Assembly (NCBI GenBank): GCA_965637545.1
Contig: OZ281497.1
Span: forward strand, 16,926,001-16,990,000
DNA from: Phallusia mammillata
Taxonomy: Eukaryota
Direction: 5' to 3'
Length of the DNA stretch: 64,000 bases
Shown here: in pieces, positions 25,901 through 38,700 of the stretch
Layout of the letters: each line of letters opens with the position of its first letter
Position numbering within the stretch: the stretch's first letter is position 1
Position numbers and translations under genes: made by a program
Notes under the pieces: model-generated
Told to the model about the DNA's origin: nothing
The model's input: only the letters and a program-made list of their open reading frames with translations
Databases searched by the model: none

Positions 25901-26907
25901 CACTTGATCTTAGCCAAAAGTTTTTCGCGCTTGGTCGAAGTTCTAATCTTCGTTTGGCGGCAAAACACGAGGTTGTCGATATATTTAGTTCTTGCGTGTG
26001 CTGTTTCACAAGCTGACAAGACTGCACATTTGTTGTGGATTATTAGACCGCTCCGGATCGGACACAAACGTTTTGTGGTTCTTCAGCACGATTGCAACCT
26101 GCCAATTAAACTGTGTAAGAAATGAACGAGAAAACTCTAGCGCTCATCCATGCACGTAACAGCCGCTGAATGCTGGTCACGTGGAAAGTTGATTACGTGT
26201 TGATAGTCAGACTTGACAATCGCGAAATTCTAAACTGAGGAAATCTAACTACAAGCATGAATAACCCAATTAGGATTGGGGTTGAACATTTCCAACAGTT
26301 TTTGTGATAGTTAATGGGTAGTGAGTAGTATTCCTCAAATCTATTATAAAGTGTAGAGGATTTTTCAGCCTTCGTTTAAATATTTCTATATCTAACAGTC
26401 CATGATCAAAAGTTTGTGATATGTCGACATATGCAACAGGCAAATGTTTTTGTTTTTCGGTTTGTTAATTGTTTCAAAGCTTTTCGGCATTAAAATGCTG
26501 GTCGGACAAATAAATCACACAATGTAGAAAACCTCACACCATTATCTATCAAGGCCGGTTAGTTCGGCAGTGATCTCGTTGAAACGCTCAAGCATCGGTA
26601 GCGGCTGTAATTCAGGCTTAACGCGCTAAAACAACAGCACGTGCGAGCCACGGAGGTCACCTTTCCATTCCTAAACAATCCGAACCAAATATTTTGATTT
26701 CGCATCGCCAGGAGTCGCCGCTTTAAAGTAACCCTTCAGAAGAGCCTTGGATATTGTTAGCTGCTCAAAACGATAATATTTTGCTACTTTTCGGAAGCAC
26801 CCGGGAAGTATGTAAGTGCACCCAAGTTTGTTTTCAAAGCCATCCCCTCCGCTGTGTTTGTGATGTGGTCTGCCGGCTTGATCTTGCTGAAGGACCGCTT
26901 GAACTGA
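22992..26907 (+). CDS. Candidate orphan small membrane protein (~116 aa, two hydrophobic segments)
   Basis: Three phase-0 exons join without stops: 22992-23078 (caacATGG; MELENSSPTSDVPVDD...NKSFK), 24589-24705 (ttttaacag acceptor, AAG/gtaagt donor; ...CFITLAVLFTLCPAVFVVLVVVPIK) and 26761-26907 (LLKTIIFCYF...AIPSAVFVMWSAGLILLKDRLN-stop). Exon 2 is well supported; the first donor and third acceptor are weaker, and a donor at 26812 could extend the gene. No family recognised. Confidence 0.4.
23526..23942. mobile_element. hAT (Charlie-like) MITE
   Basis: TIRs CAGGGGTCATCAAACTA / TAGTTTTGTGACCCCTG; near-duplicated flanks CTTTAGAT (23518-23525) and CTTAGATG (23943-23950). Confidence 0.8.
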
Positions 26908-29900
26908 AAGATGTGGAAGTATCAAACTTCTCATATTTTTGTGGGAGTCATATGCGCTAATACGTTGACTATTCCTGTTTCACTCCACTTACACTTTGTG
27001 TCAGGAATCTGCATTTTCTCCTGAAAAAAACCCAAATATTTAATTGTTGACATACATAAAATATATAATGGCCAAACTGCGTTTAAGTAGACAACCACTT
27101 CTAGACATCTACAGCATTTATGGCCTACATTTTAAAGAACTTACTAGCATGTTTTGATCAATTTTTCACGGCGGATAACATGGGAAGATACTATGAGTGC
27201 ATAATTTCAATTGAGTAGATAGGCTGTGGTTTAAAACCGGAAGCAATGTTAGAGTTTAAATTTTTGCTCCACATGGAGTTCAGTGTCCCGCCCGAAAACA
27301 GACAGGGTTGGTTGCGCGCAGTAAGACAAATTCGATTGACACTAACCGTGTGACCGAGACCCAGGAAACCTAAAAATAGACGCGATTATTATTTTGCTCT
27401 TAATTTTCTTCGCGGCCGACAAAAAACACTTGCAAACATTTGTGCAAACTTCCAAACTGATGTGTAACATACCTTCTGACAAAAGCATAAGGTTAATATA
27501 GCAGAAAATACCTTGGGTTGATACGTGGACCTATTTTGGTGATTACAAATGTGTCATCGTATGCAGTTCAGGTTTCAAATAGTCATGGCGTGAAATTGTT
27601 CGATAAAATAATTAACCGCCCTAACTGCAAAGAAACACTGCGAGTGGTGGGGCTTAGAAAAGCCTAATCAAGGGAAGATAATTGCTTGATTGATTATCGC
27701 TGACGCGTGAGTAAGAGTTCTGGGACCTGTAGGCGTTTTTTTCTCATTACAATGCAATGTCTGTTAAATCTTAAAAGCTTGTGGCGAAATCGAAAACAAT
27801 TACAGAACTCTTATGTCGCCCCTTGACCCCTCAACGTCGGCATGAGATTGTCGTTGAGCATTTCAAGGGTGCTCGCAGGGATTTGAACAGCTAAATGTTT
27901 TTGAAACTCATCTCATTTTTACGGGCAACATGCTTGAAGTAAACAACCCCGGCCGCTGCGCGGTCCCTTCACAGTCCCCTTAACCCTCACAGATGTCACG
28001 CAAGGTCGATTTTGTTTAGACAAGGCTCCCGGGAACTTTTCGGGGACGCAGGTTTTGTGACTGACGCGCGCTGAAGTCAGTCGCGATGTGAAGTTCGGGA
28101 GTTTGTTGTTTGGCACTCGGCCCTGTTTTTCGACCCGATGCCGCTACGCGTTCCGCTCTCTTTCTCTCTCGTCTCTGCGTCCGTTCAGTTTCAAGGTTTT
28201 TAGTTTTGGCGCCATTCAGCGTTGAAGGGTTGCCCTGCGTTGGTTCACTTGTGATCCGGAAATAGGGACTCGACGGTGACTTTGATTCCATTGCCTGGCG
28301 TCTGTGCCCCCTGAAAAAGTGTTTTTTGTGGATTTCTAATGAAAAGTGTCGCCAATAAAGAAAAAAAAAAAAGAAAAAAACGATTGGCAAAATTGCCAAG
28401 ACATTCACATATTTTCAGTCGCAAACGATTGCCATTATTCCAGCCAAAAACGAATAATGGCAACGATTTGGCAAATAAAATTGAATCGCGAAAAAATACA
28501 TTAAGTTAAATACATAACAATTCTATTAAGTTGCTGGTTTTGGAAAACTGTACTGAAAATAGTACAACCATTTTACATATAAAGCTGGCATAACACGATT
28601 CTTCCAGAAGGAATTTTTCGCATGCAGCGGGCAACCACTTTCCACCAAAGTTTGTCAACTCGCATAAAACCACAATGCTACTATTGAACCTAAGCTTTGG
28701 CCGACCGAGTCATGCCGTACCACAAGATTGGCACTTAACGAAATGCTAATGCGTTTGCAATTAACTTGTCAGTGTTCATGCGCATTCCGCCTGTCACCCG
28801 TCGTAATTGGGCGGGAGTGAGGTCAATGATTTGAGCCGATCATGGCATGTCGATAACATTATTTTTTCTGTCGTTCGAGTTTCAGTGAATTGTTGTTGGG
28901 GACCAAAACAGATCGCTACATAAAAGTTCATCTTCTATTCACCCTAATTATTTTTAACTGAAATGCAAATCGTTATGCTAAGTTTTGACAATTTTTTTAC
29001 ATTAAGATACAAAACACCACATAAGCATTAGCGCTTATCGATCTAAGTCTCCAATAGGAAAATAACAATCGGATTTAAAACGTTCCAAGGACACTCAAAT
29101 TTCGTGAATCATTCTTTAGAGTAAATTCTCCCAGCAAAAGCAAGTGTTTCCATGTCGTCCACGCCGAAGTTTCCGACGTGAATCAAACGAACGGGGGTGG
29201 ATCCAATTACGCTGTTACGGCTTGCTTGGGTCGCATTGAGGTTTGCTGACGCGGGGCCAAAATTTGTAGACAGGGACACGACAGGGTCAATCAAATAGTT
29301 TTTGATCACACTGGCATTTTGTCGAAAACAGCAGTCTGATCTCTCCAACCCCTTTACTTCACGTTTGTTGTTTAAATATGTATCGGTGTTATTGCAGTGA
29401 AATTTTAGACGTTCACAAAACTGGCGAAGAGTGAATCTGATTCATAAATTTACAATTTCCAGTTTTCCAACCCGGATTCCAGCATATATTTTTTACCTTT
29501 ACAGCTTAACGCAACACAACCTAACATTGTTTCATTTTAGTAAATAAAATGGTCTACACGCAAAGGACAAATCATTAAAACTTATGTGTTCTTAAACCTA
29601 AAAAATGCACAACCACTGATGAAGCTTAATATTCCTGAATTTTGGAAGTATATCAGGGAGCGCGTCGATCTGTTTGCGCTTCCGCCGTTCGCGTGTGCTT
29701 TGTCAACTTGCTTTCAAGCAATGGGTGTGATCCATTAAGCACGCCGCTTGTATGAGATTGTTTATTAATTCTTACCGGTTTAGTTGCCCATTTAGCGACC
29801 ACCCACTAAGTCACGGAAGCAAGCTCTGCCTTCAAACACTTCTTCTGCTGGAGAAACCACTACAATCTCAACTGTATCGAGTTGTCGACCACACTGTAAG

Positions 29901-31844
29901 GGTCACGTTTATGCGGTATTTACAGTTCTGTTGATTTTACTCACATGAAATGAACGAATCTTCACGCTGCCGCAGGAGCCCAATGAATATTCGGTGCAGT
30001 TTTTGTTTTGTTCCTGTTTTTTTCCTATGATTTGCGGTCGTAGTGAACACATTTTAAAAAACACAGTTTAACTGATATTATCTCAGTTTGGTTTAAATGG
30101 TATTGTATATAGATGGAAATCCAAAAATCATCCCCTCCATTGTCGTTGAGGTAGTAGCAAGTTATAGTGACTTTATGTGATTTATGCCTAAATCAAAAGC
30201 AAACAAAAGTAACAAAGGGTCCACAAGCCATTTTAAGTGTCACAAAAAGATATTTTTAGATTCACTTACGAAGTGCCAACAGACAGTAGGACAATCCGTC
30301 AATTTCTTTGGCGACGCATTTGACAATGGCATTGACACGGACTTTTCATTTGGATCAGCTTTCGTTGCAACCCTGGCGTGACATCTCGCGTGCCGCGCCA
30401 TGAACCGAGTTGCCGAGGCGGTATTTTTTGCAACCCTCAGAAACACAACCTCTTTCCTCTTATTTAAGTGTTAAAGTTATAGGGCGACCTACCAGACCTA
30501 TTTGAAAAAAATATTATATTTTCCGAATGCCTCTATTTTTTATCGAGAATTATCTACTAAACAATAAAGTTTGTTGACAAAAGGTAGACGTGCAACAAAA
30601 AGCATCGATGAGTAGGCGTTTATTAAACAAATAATTTGCACTAGTGCGCTATTGTCTATTGACTTCATGCAATGGGGCATGTTGATGCTGTAGTTATAGC
30701 GCAGCGCAGGTCGTGCGTGCCGAAACCAATATATTTGACACGGTATTGGCATTGAATGATAACACTTTGGGGTCTTGCTTCGTTTTTCAAATTTTTTTTG
30801 CGCGTCTGCGCATAACTTCACGACGGATTTATTGTATTGGAAAAAATATAACGGCTGTTCGTTTTTTGAGCCTTCTTTGATGTACACCGTTCAATTCAGG
30901 GAACTGGTAAATCCTAAACAGAGGGTGTCACCTGGAAGTCGATGACTGACAAGTTTGGCGCTAGAAACTTTCATCACACTTTGCCAAACGCGCAATAGAA
31001 CAACAGAAGATACATATCCTGCTGTTCGGAGCTTAAACGCTTTACAATCCCTGATCCTGGTGTTACCGCCTCCAAACGTTGCCTCCTCACACAAAATCGA
31101 ACGTGCATGGACATGATCCTTCTCAATCAGTGTTTTCATGTTTGTGGTCATTGTTCCTCGTTTGTAAACAGGCTTGTTTTTTTCTGATCCGTTTGCTAAC
31201 GGAGTGAAACGCAATGCAGCAAAAACTGTTTGTGGCACAAACACAAAGTAAAATAAAAAGCAACATTGGGAAAAAAACTAACTGCGCGGTTCTTTTTAAG
31301 GTTTAGAATTTATGTACCTCGATTCAGTACAGTTCAAACTGTTTTCGACTTCTGGTCTAATATTTGATTGACAACTCGATCCTGCCAAGGCCGAACTCTC
31401 GAGTTAATCTGACAAAATTGTGGCTTGCAAGTTTGTAATTCACTCGGCAGATCGGCGAATCCCATTCAAACCCAAATCGACGCCGTACATCAAGTTCCGT
31501 GAAATGCCTCGAAGGCCGATGAGGCGGCTTGTTAGCTCAATGCCATGATACCGGGCGTGAAAAATTACCCAGTTTGCCACTCAATGCTAAACCGCGATTT
31601 ATTGAGTGCGGCAATTACAGGCATTCCTCACGACTTCAGACTTAAAAATAAACATAGCCGCGGAATTGATGGCTCGCTCACACGTTTGTGAAAGATTCTG
31701 ATCGTCCGATTTCGGCCATTTTTACTGACTTCGCTAGCGGTGAATATGCAAACGTAAAACAATATCTCAAAACTAAACAACAGCGGAAGGGCCAATTGAC
31801 TTTTTAGCAGTTTGTAGGCTAAATGCGTTTCCTATTATTTAAAG

Positions 31845-32791
31845 CAGGGGTCTCAAACTCAAACTGCGTTGGGGACCAAAAACAAACTTTTAAGTAAGTC
31901 GAGGGCCGCACTATCGATATCGAAGAAAAATATTGCAAGATTAAAAAGTAAAGTGTTTATTTATGCCATTAGCTACAATAAAAATCAATATTGTAATAAC
32001 AAAACAGCAATAGATGCACAGAGTAGCAAAGTGAAAGAGTCAACTGTGCTATTTTGCCTTGTGTGAAAACAATGGCCAACAATGACGCAACAATCGCAAT
32101 GGCTGATTCTAAAAATGGGCTAGTTCGATTATCCTGTAAAATATACCACTAATACAGTGGTTCCCAACCTTTTAGTAGTCACGGACCCCTTTTGTAAGTT
32201 TTATACGCCAGCTGATTCCCAACGTAATTTTCCGTGTCTCTCATATGTTTTTCGTTTCTTGCATTATATGTTAATAATACATTTTTGTGCGGCATTTTAA
32301 TCAGCCTTTACAGTCCTCAAAGCTCAATGAAGTTCTGCACTGTAGCAACAGAGAGATAAATTTTCTAGTGTACAAATGTTGAAACAAAGCACTATAAATT
32401 CCATTGTTCATGTGTGTTGTAATGTCACAATGGAGATAAAAATCACAAAAAAGTAGTTTTTCCAGACCCGAAAGTTTGATAAACAGTTTGCACTTGTATG
32501 CAGGATTGTAAAAACATTTCGAAAACTTACAAATATTTTACTGTTGGTTAATGGTACTAAAAATGTTTGGCTCCACGGACCCTCTGAATCCCTCTCACGT
32601 ACCCCTTGGGGGTCCGCGAACCCCAGGTTGGGAACCAGTAGGCCTACTGCACTAATAGAATGATTGTATCTTGTAAACTCTCATAAAGGGTATTCGGCCA
32701 GAATAAAACAGATTAAAAGTTACTTCGTGGGCCACACAAACACCCTTGGAGGGCCGCATGCGGCCCGCAGGCCGCGTGTTTGAGACCCCTG
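31845..32791. mobile_element. hAT (Charlie-like) MITE, host of a nested hAT MITE
   Basis: TIRs CAGGGGTCTCAAAC / GTTTGAGACCCCTG; 8-bp TSD ATTTAAAG at 31837-31844 and 32792-32799; GGGCCGCA subterminal motifs. Confidence 0.92.
32155..32649. mobile_element. hAT MITE nested inside the previous element
   Basis: Left TIR CAGTGGTTCCCAACC; right end GGTTGGGAACCA[gtaggccta]CTG; 8-bp TSD CACTAATA at 32147-32154 and 32650-32657. Confidence 0.88.
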
Positions 32792-35700
32792 ATTTAAAGT
32801 ATGCGTGAGCGCAGGTGCGGAGAGAAACCGCCCTGCCCTCAAACTGCTGCAATGGGTCATGCTTAGACAACAAGACAAATCACCACGCGAGCGTCCCGTA
32901 TTCTCGCTATCTCGACTTATAATCACGATCGTCATGTTCGCATAAGAGTAATCGATTGTAGCGGAATTTCGCGAAACCAGTATCGACCCCACGTTAAACT
33001 GCAAACTGCATTGAACCGACTTTCTCGCATTTGCCTACTCATTACAATTGCTTTTTTAAATGTACCAACATAATTAGTGTTTATCCCTATATTTAATCTT
33101 ACAAACTGTTGTTGTGATGTATCATCCAGACGTGGGGTCGGTTTGACAAACAAACCAAATCCACATCTGTGCGCTCATGGGTAGTTGCGTGTGCATTTTA
33201 TGACTTGTTAACCCCGGTAAATATATACGGATGCCACAACTATCCATGGGATTTTCAATTTCTTTTCAAATGCCTAAATTGTAACGTTTATAACAATTTA
33301 ATATAATCGTTTACCTCTGTTCGTTGCCGATTTTTTAAAAAATATTATTACATATTTTCACAGTCTGAACAACACGAATCTGCATTGAAACACAATTGGG
33401 CTAATTATTTTCAATTTTCTTGTGATTTCACTTAAATCCATATACAGCATGCCACGTCGATAACCACCTGTGTTTTGGAAATTGGTGGTAACATTGACAA
33501 TTTGTGCAATAAATATGCCAAGCGTGAAAATTGGGACGCATTTACCAATTTGGATTCTTACAGTCAAGGACTTTCACAAATACCCAATACGATTTGCCCC
33601 AAGGTTAAATTGGCTTGTGACCGATATTTTAACCATCATTGTCTCATTTTCTCTCTTTCCACACCACATAATTTTTGGTAATCGACGTTTGTCTGGGAAA
33701 ATACCTTTGGAGGCGTGGGAAACGGAATCACGACAAAAACGACAGCTGTTTAGCGACATCTTGCGGAGTTTAAAGGCTGGATTAACAACCGCGACGCGAA
33801 ACAATAATTTTACAATCTGCACGACATTGAACGACAACAAACGGTTTTTGTTATGTTCACCAAGATAAAAAAAAAGACTTGTAACAAGCCTATAAAAAGA
33901 AGCATTTAACAAAAAAGTTTTTGTAATTTTTTTTGTCTGAAATTTTGTACAGATTTAAGATGCACCTTCATTACAAAAAAATTCCTGGCAGATCAGCTAA
34001 GGCAATGCAATTAGTCCTTGGGGGTCTTTAAGAATGTAGCCTACACTAGAATTTAGGGTAATGAGGTCGGTAAAGCTCGCCAAAATCGCTTCAGTGGTTG
34101 GTAAAGACTTCTCTCTGGGCGGGAATTTCAAGTGCTCTTCATCCCATGGTTCAGGTTATTAGTTGACGCTGTCGGGACAAACAACGAAGTCTCGAGGGTT
34201 GTTGTCATTGGGTTTTCCACAAATTACTGCCGATTTCGTATTTCGAACATTGTGCTGTTGTGTCATTTTGTTGCTTGTCGCCTTTCAGTGCTGGGATGAC
34301 GCACGGGGGCTTTTAAGGCGTCTTCAGAGCGCTTTGATTGATTCGGCGATTTTCTACTGGGACGTTTAGAAACAAGAGTAATGTCGTATGCCGGATACAA
34401 GCGAAAGGAGCTTTGGTTTGTCTCAATGATAAAATTTGTATTGAAGCAGACCGCCAGGCTAAAAAGGGCTTCACTTTCGTGCACGCAAAACGCAAACTTG
34501 CAACTTGTGAATCTTTATTTCGAAATGTGAAATATTAAGGTTCAAATTTGCAGGTAGTTTTGTTGTCTTTAAAAAGTGTTCAGTCAGAAGTTATGGACAG
34601 ACATGGGTCAATTGCAAAGGTACCGTGCTGCATAGTTACATCTTGTATCAGCAAGTGCGAAACACGCATAGCCTCTTGCATGTGCATTGAGACACAACGG
34701 AAAACACAGCAACATAACAAGACCCGTGTATCCAGTTACCAGAGCCAAAGCGGTTGAAGTGATCCAGTGAACGTTGAATTGCTTCCTTGCATCAGAACCT
34801 TTGTAGCTAGTTATTAAAATGCCTTTGACTTGTTTTGTCCATCAGGATGTGCATTCAATACAAGGCAATTTATAACAGGCGATTCCAGCACATGACCTAT
34901 TTTCAATGACGTTAATGATTTTTTGTTGTTGTGAGCCTCAAGCCACTGCGTTTGTGGTTTCTTTAACTGAGGCCTGAGATTAAGTTCAAAGACACAAATG
35001 AGTGTCGCCGCAGTGGGACGACGGCTCACCACTTGAGCACCATCAAACCGCTTGGTCGCAAGATGTTCAGATTTGAAAAATCTCTTTTGAGTGGTAGATC
35101 GTTATTGGGACCACCCACTTGGCGTTCTTGGCAACTCCACTAAGGCAATTATTTGTGTGGCAATTTTCTCAATTTTTCCACCCTGGAGACTTAACACTTT
35201 TTGCGCAAGGTTGCGAATGTAGTAATTTGATCGCCGATAATACAACCTTCGTCAGTGAGAAATTAGCACAACACGGGAAGGATGTTAGAAATACATTATA
35301 CTCGTGCATTCACATATAAATGATTGACCTGATCTTTAACTGTCATTTGCAATTTCAAATTAGCCAATATTTCATGTTTACATAGCTGTCACGCATACAA
35401 ACGCGCCCGGAAACCAACCAATTCCGGCCGCAACGATTGGTGCCGTATATCTCAAGCTCAATAGCGAGCCGAGTCCAAAGCCGCATGTAACGATCGATGA
35501 TTGGGCGATTGCTCGCATTTCGTAAACGTATTTGGCTTTAGTATTTGATGTTTACAACACAATGAGTGTTGGTTGGAGTTACAGGCCTTGAATGACTTAC
35601 TGCCAAAGTTGCAATATTGTGAGGTATCGTTTCCGCAGTGTTTAATGTGGTACGAAAAATTTGCTGTGACAAGGTGTGAGGTGTGAGTCGGAAAAGATTA

Positions 35701-38700
35701 TGCTGAGATCTTATAGGTGCTAATGTGATAAACAGCAACATGCAATGGTGTGTAACAACATATAACCAGGCAACTTTCCAAAAAAAAATGTGAATTGGAG
35801 GGAAGTTCTAACGCCAACTTCAAAATTCTATCAGGTTTTTAGAGTCAGTACGTTGTGTTTTTCTGTGTTGACTTACACACCCCTGTGAGAGTAACTTTAT
35901 CTTGTTTTGGGTAGAAGTACTTTTTTGCGGTAATAGCACTATTTGCCGACCTAAAAACGAATCTTTGCGCACTCACCACACAGGTTTTCAATCCTCCATT
36001 GATATTGTCTAGTAACTGTCGCGACGGTCCCGCAATCCTCCTAATCCAACTCCATTAACAAGCAAAGCACACTGATATCCGCCTACCTCACGTCGCAAAC
36101 GGCGCGTCGCTAAACTTGTTTGTTATCTTTGTCGTGTTTTGTTTGACACCCTTGGTTCCCCAAAGTCAGAGCTTGGGCCCATAACAGGACAGAAGGGCAA
36201 GGACCAGATACAAAGCTTTTGGCGGACGTTTGTCGAGTCCTACAACATATTGTCCGGCACTCGATACCATTGTTCGATCCCACAGGTTTCTCGGGCGCTC
36301 TCGTGAATCATCGCGCTGCTTGAGGTGACGACCCGCTGTGGGGATGTCTTTTATGCCTGTCAAGTCGCAGATCTCCGTCAAAGGTTCTGATTTAAAATTT
36401 AGTTGTCCCACAGTAACGACTGATTTTTCAGTTTTGTCCGCATTTTTGACAATTAGGAACTAAATTAAGTCATCAGGATTTGTGAAGATTATTTATTTGT
36501 GGTTCATTATGATGGCGGATGTCGTTTCTAGTTGCTAATTTTAAACGGTTAGTTTAGTCAATAGATGTTCTTGCTGATTGGTGTCCAAATTTTCTGACAA
36601 GGGTACTGCCCTATCCGACACATACGATCTGTCAGGCAGCCGTTAGTAAGTTAAGAAACAATAACGAAGTTTGGTTTTATGACTAGACAAACTACAATTT
36701 GTGTTGATTAAAATCGCACCATTACGTCATGTTGCAAAGTTTCCATCTCTCGTGAAGTGAACGCCAATGAAATGTAAATGCTAGTTTAAATAGCTGCTGG
36801 GCATAGTTAACCGTTAATGTAAAACAAAATCGATAGTGTGTGGCCAAACTAGAGGTGACAAGTGCAAACGTGTAGGTGATTGAAACACGTGCAAACGAGT
36901 ACTGTCAAGTTCAGACAAAGGTTTTGGCAATGCAAATTTATACAGTGCACTTGAATACTACAGTAATAGGTAAATTAATTTGCGATTTGCATCAGTATTT
37001 TGCCTCTTTGATATGGTTTCGCGATAACCGCCAATTTCGCAATGTATAACAGTATATAATTTCGCCGCAACAGTATATAACGAGTGATCATTTTACTTTA
37101 TTTGGGGTGTTGGGCAATATACACACATTTGAACGGGAAAGGATTGCGATTTATATCTATCGAATTGAAGCAAAGCTCTGTTTCCACATCATGCATAATT
37201 AATTCTTGTTTGAATGCATGCGCTGTACCACTGAGATCGACGGTTTTTAGTCTGCTAATGCGAGGAATGGGGTTCGTATGACCTCCAGAGCACGCCCTGA
37301 TATCCCAATTCCGACGTTCTTCGTCCTTTGGGAATTGGATTTCATTTGCACAGTGCTTTGACGTAATTTTATTGACAGTCTCGTAAGGTCTTATTCACCT
37401 GCCGGGAATGAGCTATTAATCTGCGATTGATTGTAGTTCATTTTAAAAAAAAAATTTTTGCAACGATCTGAGACTTTATATAGGTTAGGTCCATACTTAG
37501 ACAACATGGGTTCACCGATAACTCAGCATATGAATCGATAAATCTGCTTTTAAATTTGCATTTACAAAAAAACGAGTAATGGTACGGCTAAGTCCTCGAC
37601 AGAGAGTCTGTGACCACCGCCCCAAAACAGTCGATTACACCCCAGAAAATCCCGACTCCCATAGAAGACCTTCATTCCTTCACGTCGTTTGGCGATTTTA
37701 AAACAAGGTTGGGCGGGGGTGAGGTCGGTTTCCCTGGGTGCTATTTTTGCGCCAAATGAAAATATTTTCGTGCTATTTTCGCGCATCGCATCACGCCTGC
37801 GGTGAATAGAGCACTTTGTTAGGCGATTTGGGTCGTATAAAAGCCGGCAACCTGTCATAACAACGTGCCTATAAGCTTTATGCGTATTACGACTGAACGC
37901 TTTATTACCAGAGCAGCTTCACAATTTATCCGTTGCCAAAACTTTGGCTTGAGTGTGATGTAAAAATACAAAGTCCTAACAATCATTTGGGCGACTCCGA
38001 TTTAGTATCCTTACCACCGTTTTATGTGATAACTTGAGGCAACAGAATAATAACAGAATAACGAGATTTAATCCCACCACCAAGCTAGAGCGAGATGTAC
38101 TTAAGTTAACGGTTTAACCGCCAAAATATATTATTTGTTGTAGCGGTTAGAAATAATCGATTAATAAATCAATTCGAACCGCTGTATTGTGTATAAAACT
38201 CAAAACTTTTAGCCTATGCCGACCAGTAGAAGTCTCAAAGAGTTTTTAAGCATATCATGGTACATTGGCAATGAATTTCGCGCCGTTAACTCGCTTAAGC
38301 TGTATTGAAGTCCGGAGCGTTTAGGTGCCTAAATTGGATAAACTTAAAGCCAATTTCACATGAATAGCTTTTTAATGCGTGTCACCCAAGGTTTTGAAAT
38401 ATGCCTTTAAAGCATACCAACGAGACAAATTATCCATATGACGTGATGCTACTGAAAGGAATTTGACACCACGCAAATCATCAGTGTACGAACTCAATTT
38501 CACAAAACCTTTTACGGTTACGTTGCCACGAAAGGTGTTATCACATATTTGGATATCATATTTGTTTGTTGAACCTGAGCTTTCGGTTCAGAGTCGAACA
38601 AACTAGCAGTTTGGATTTCAAATGTTTGGCCAAGCGAAAACATCAACAACATTTTGTCATTGATCCAAGAAACCAGCACCTGGCAATAAAGTCCTGTGTA

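Noticed and set aside
28016-28408. 130-aa minus-strand ORF (MESKSPSSPY...RRERKRAER)
   Set aside because: The Arg/Glu-rich part derives from a CT/GA-rich tract in a CpG-rich island; no homology or convincing donor. More likely regulatory DNA, though not excluded.
34814-35060. FDGA motif suggesting a hAT transposase remnant
   Set aside because: Only a four-residue resemblance; no CxxH motif, TIRs or extended similarity.
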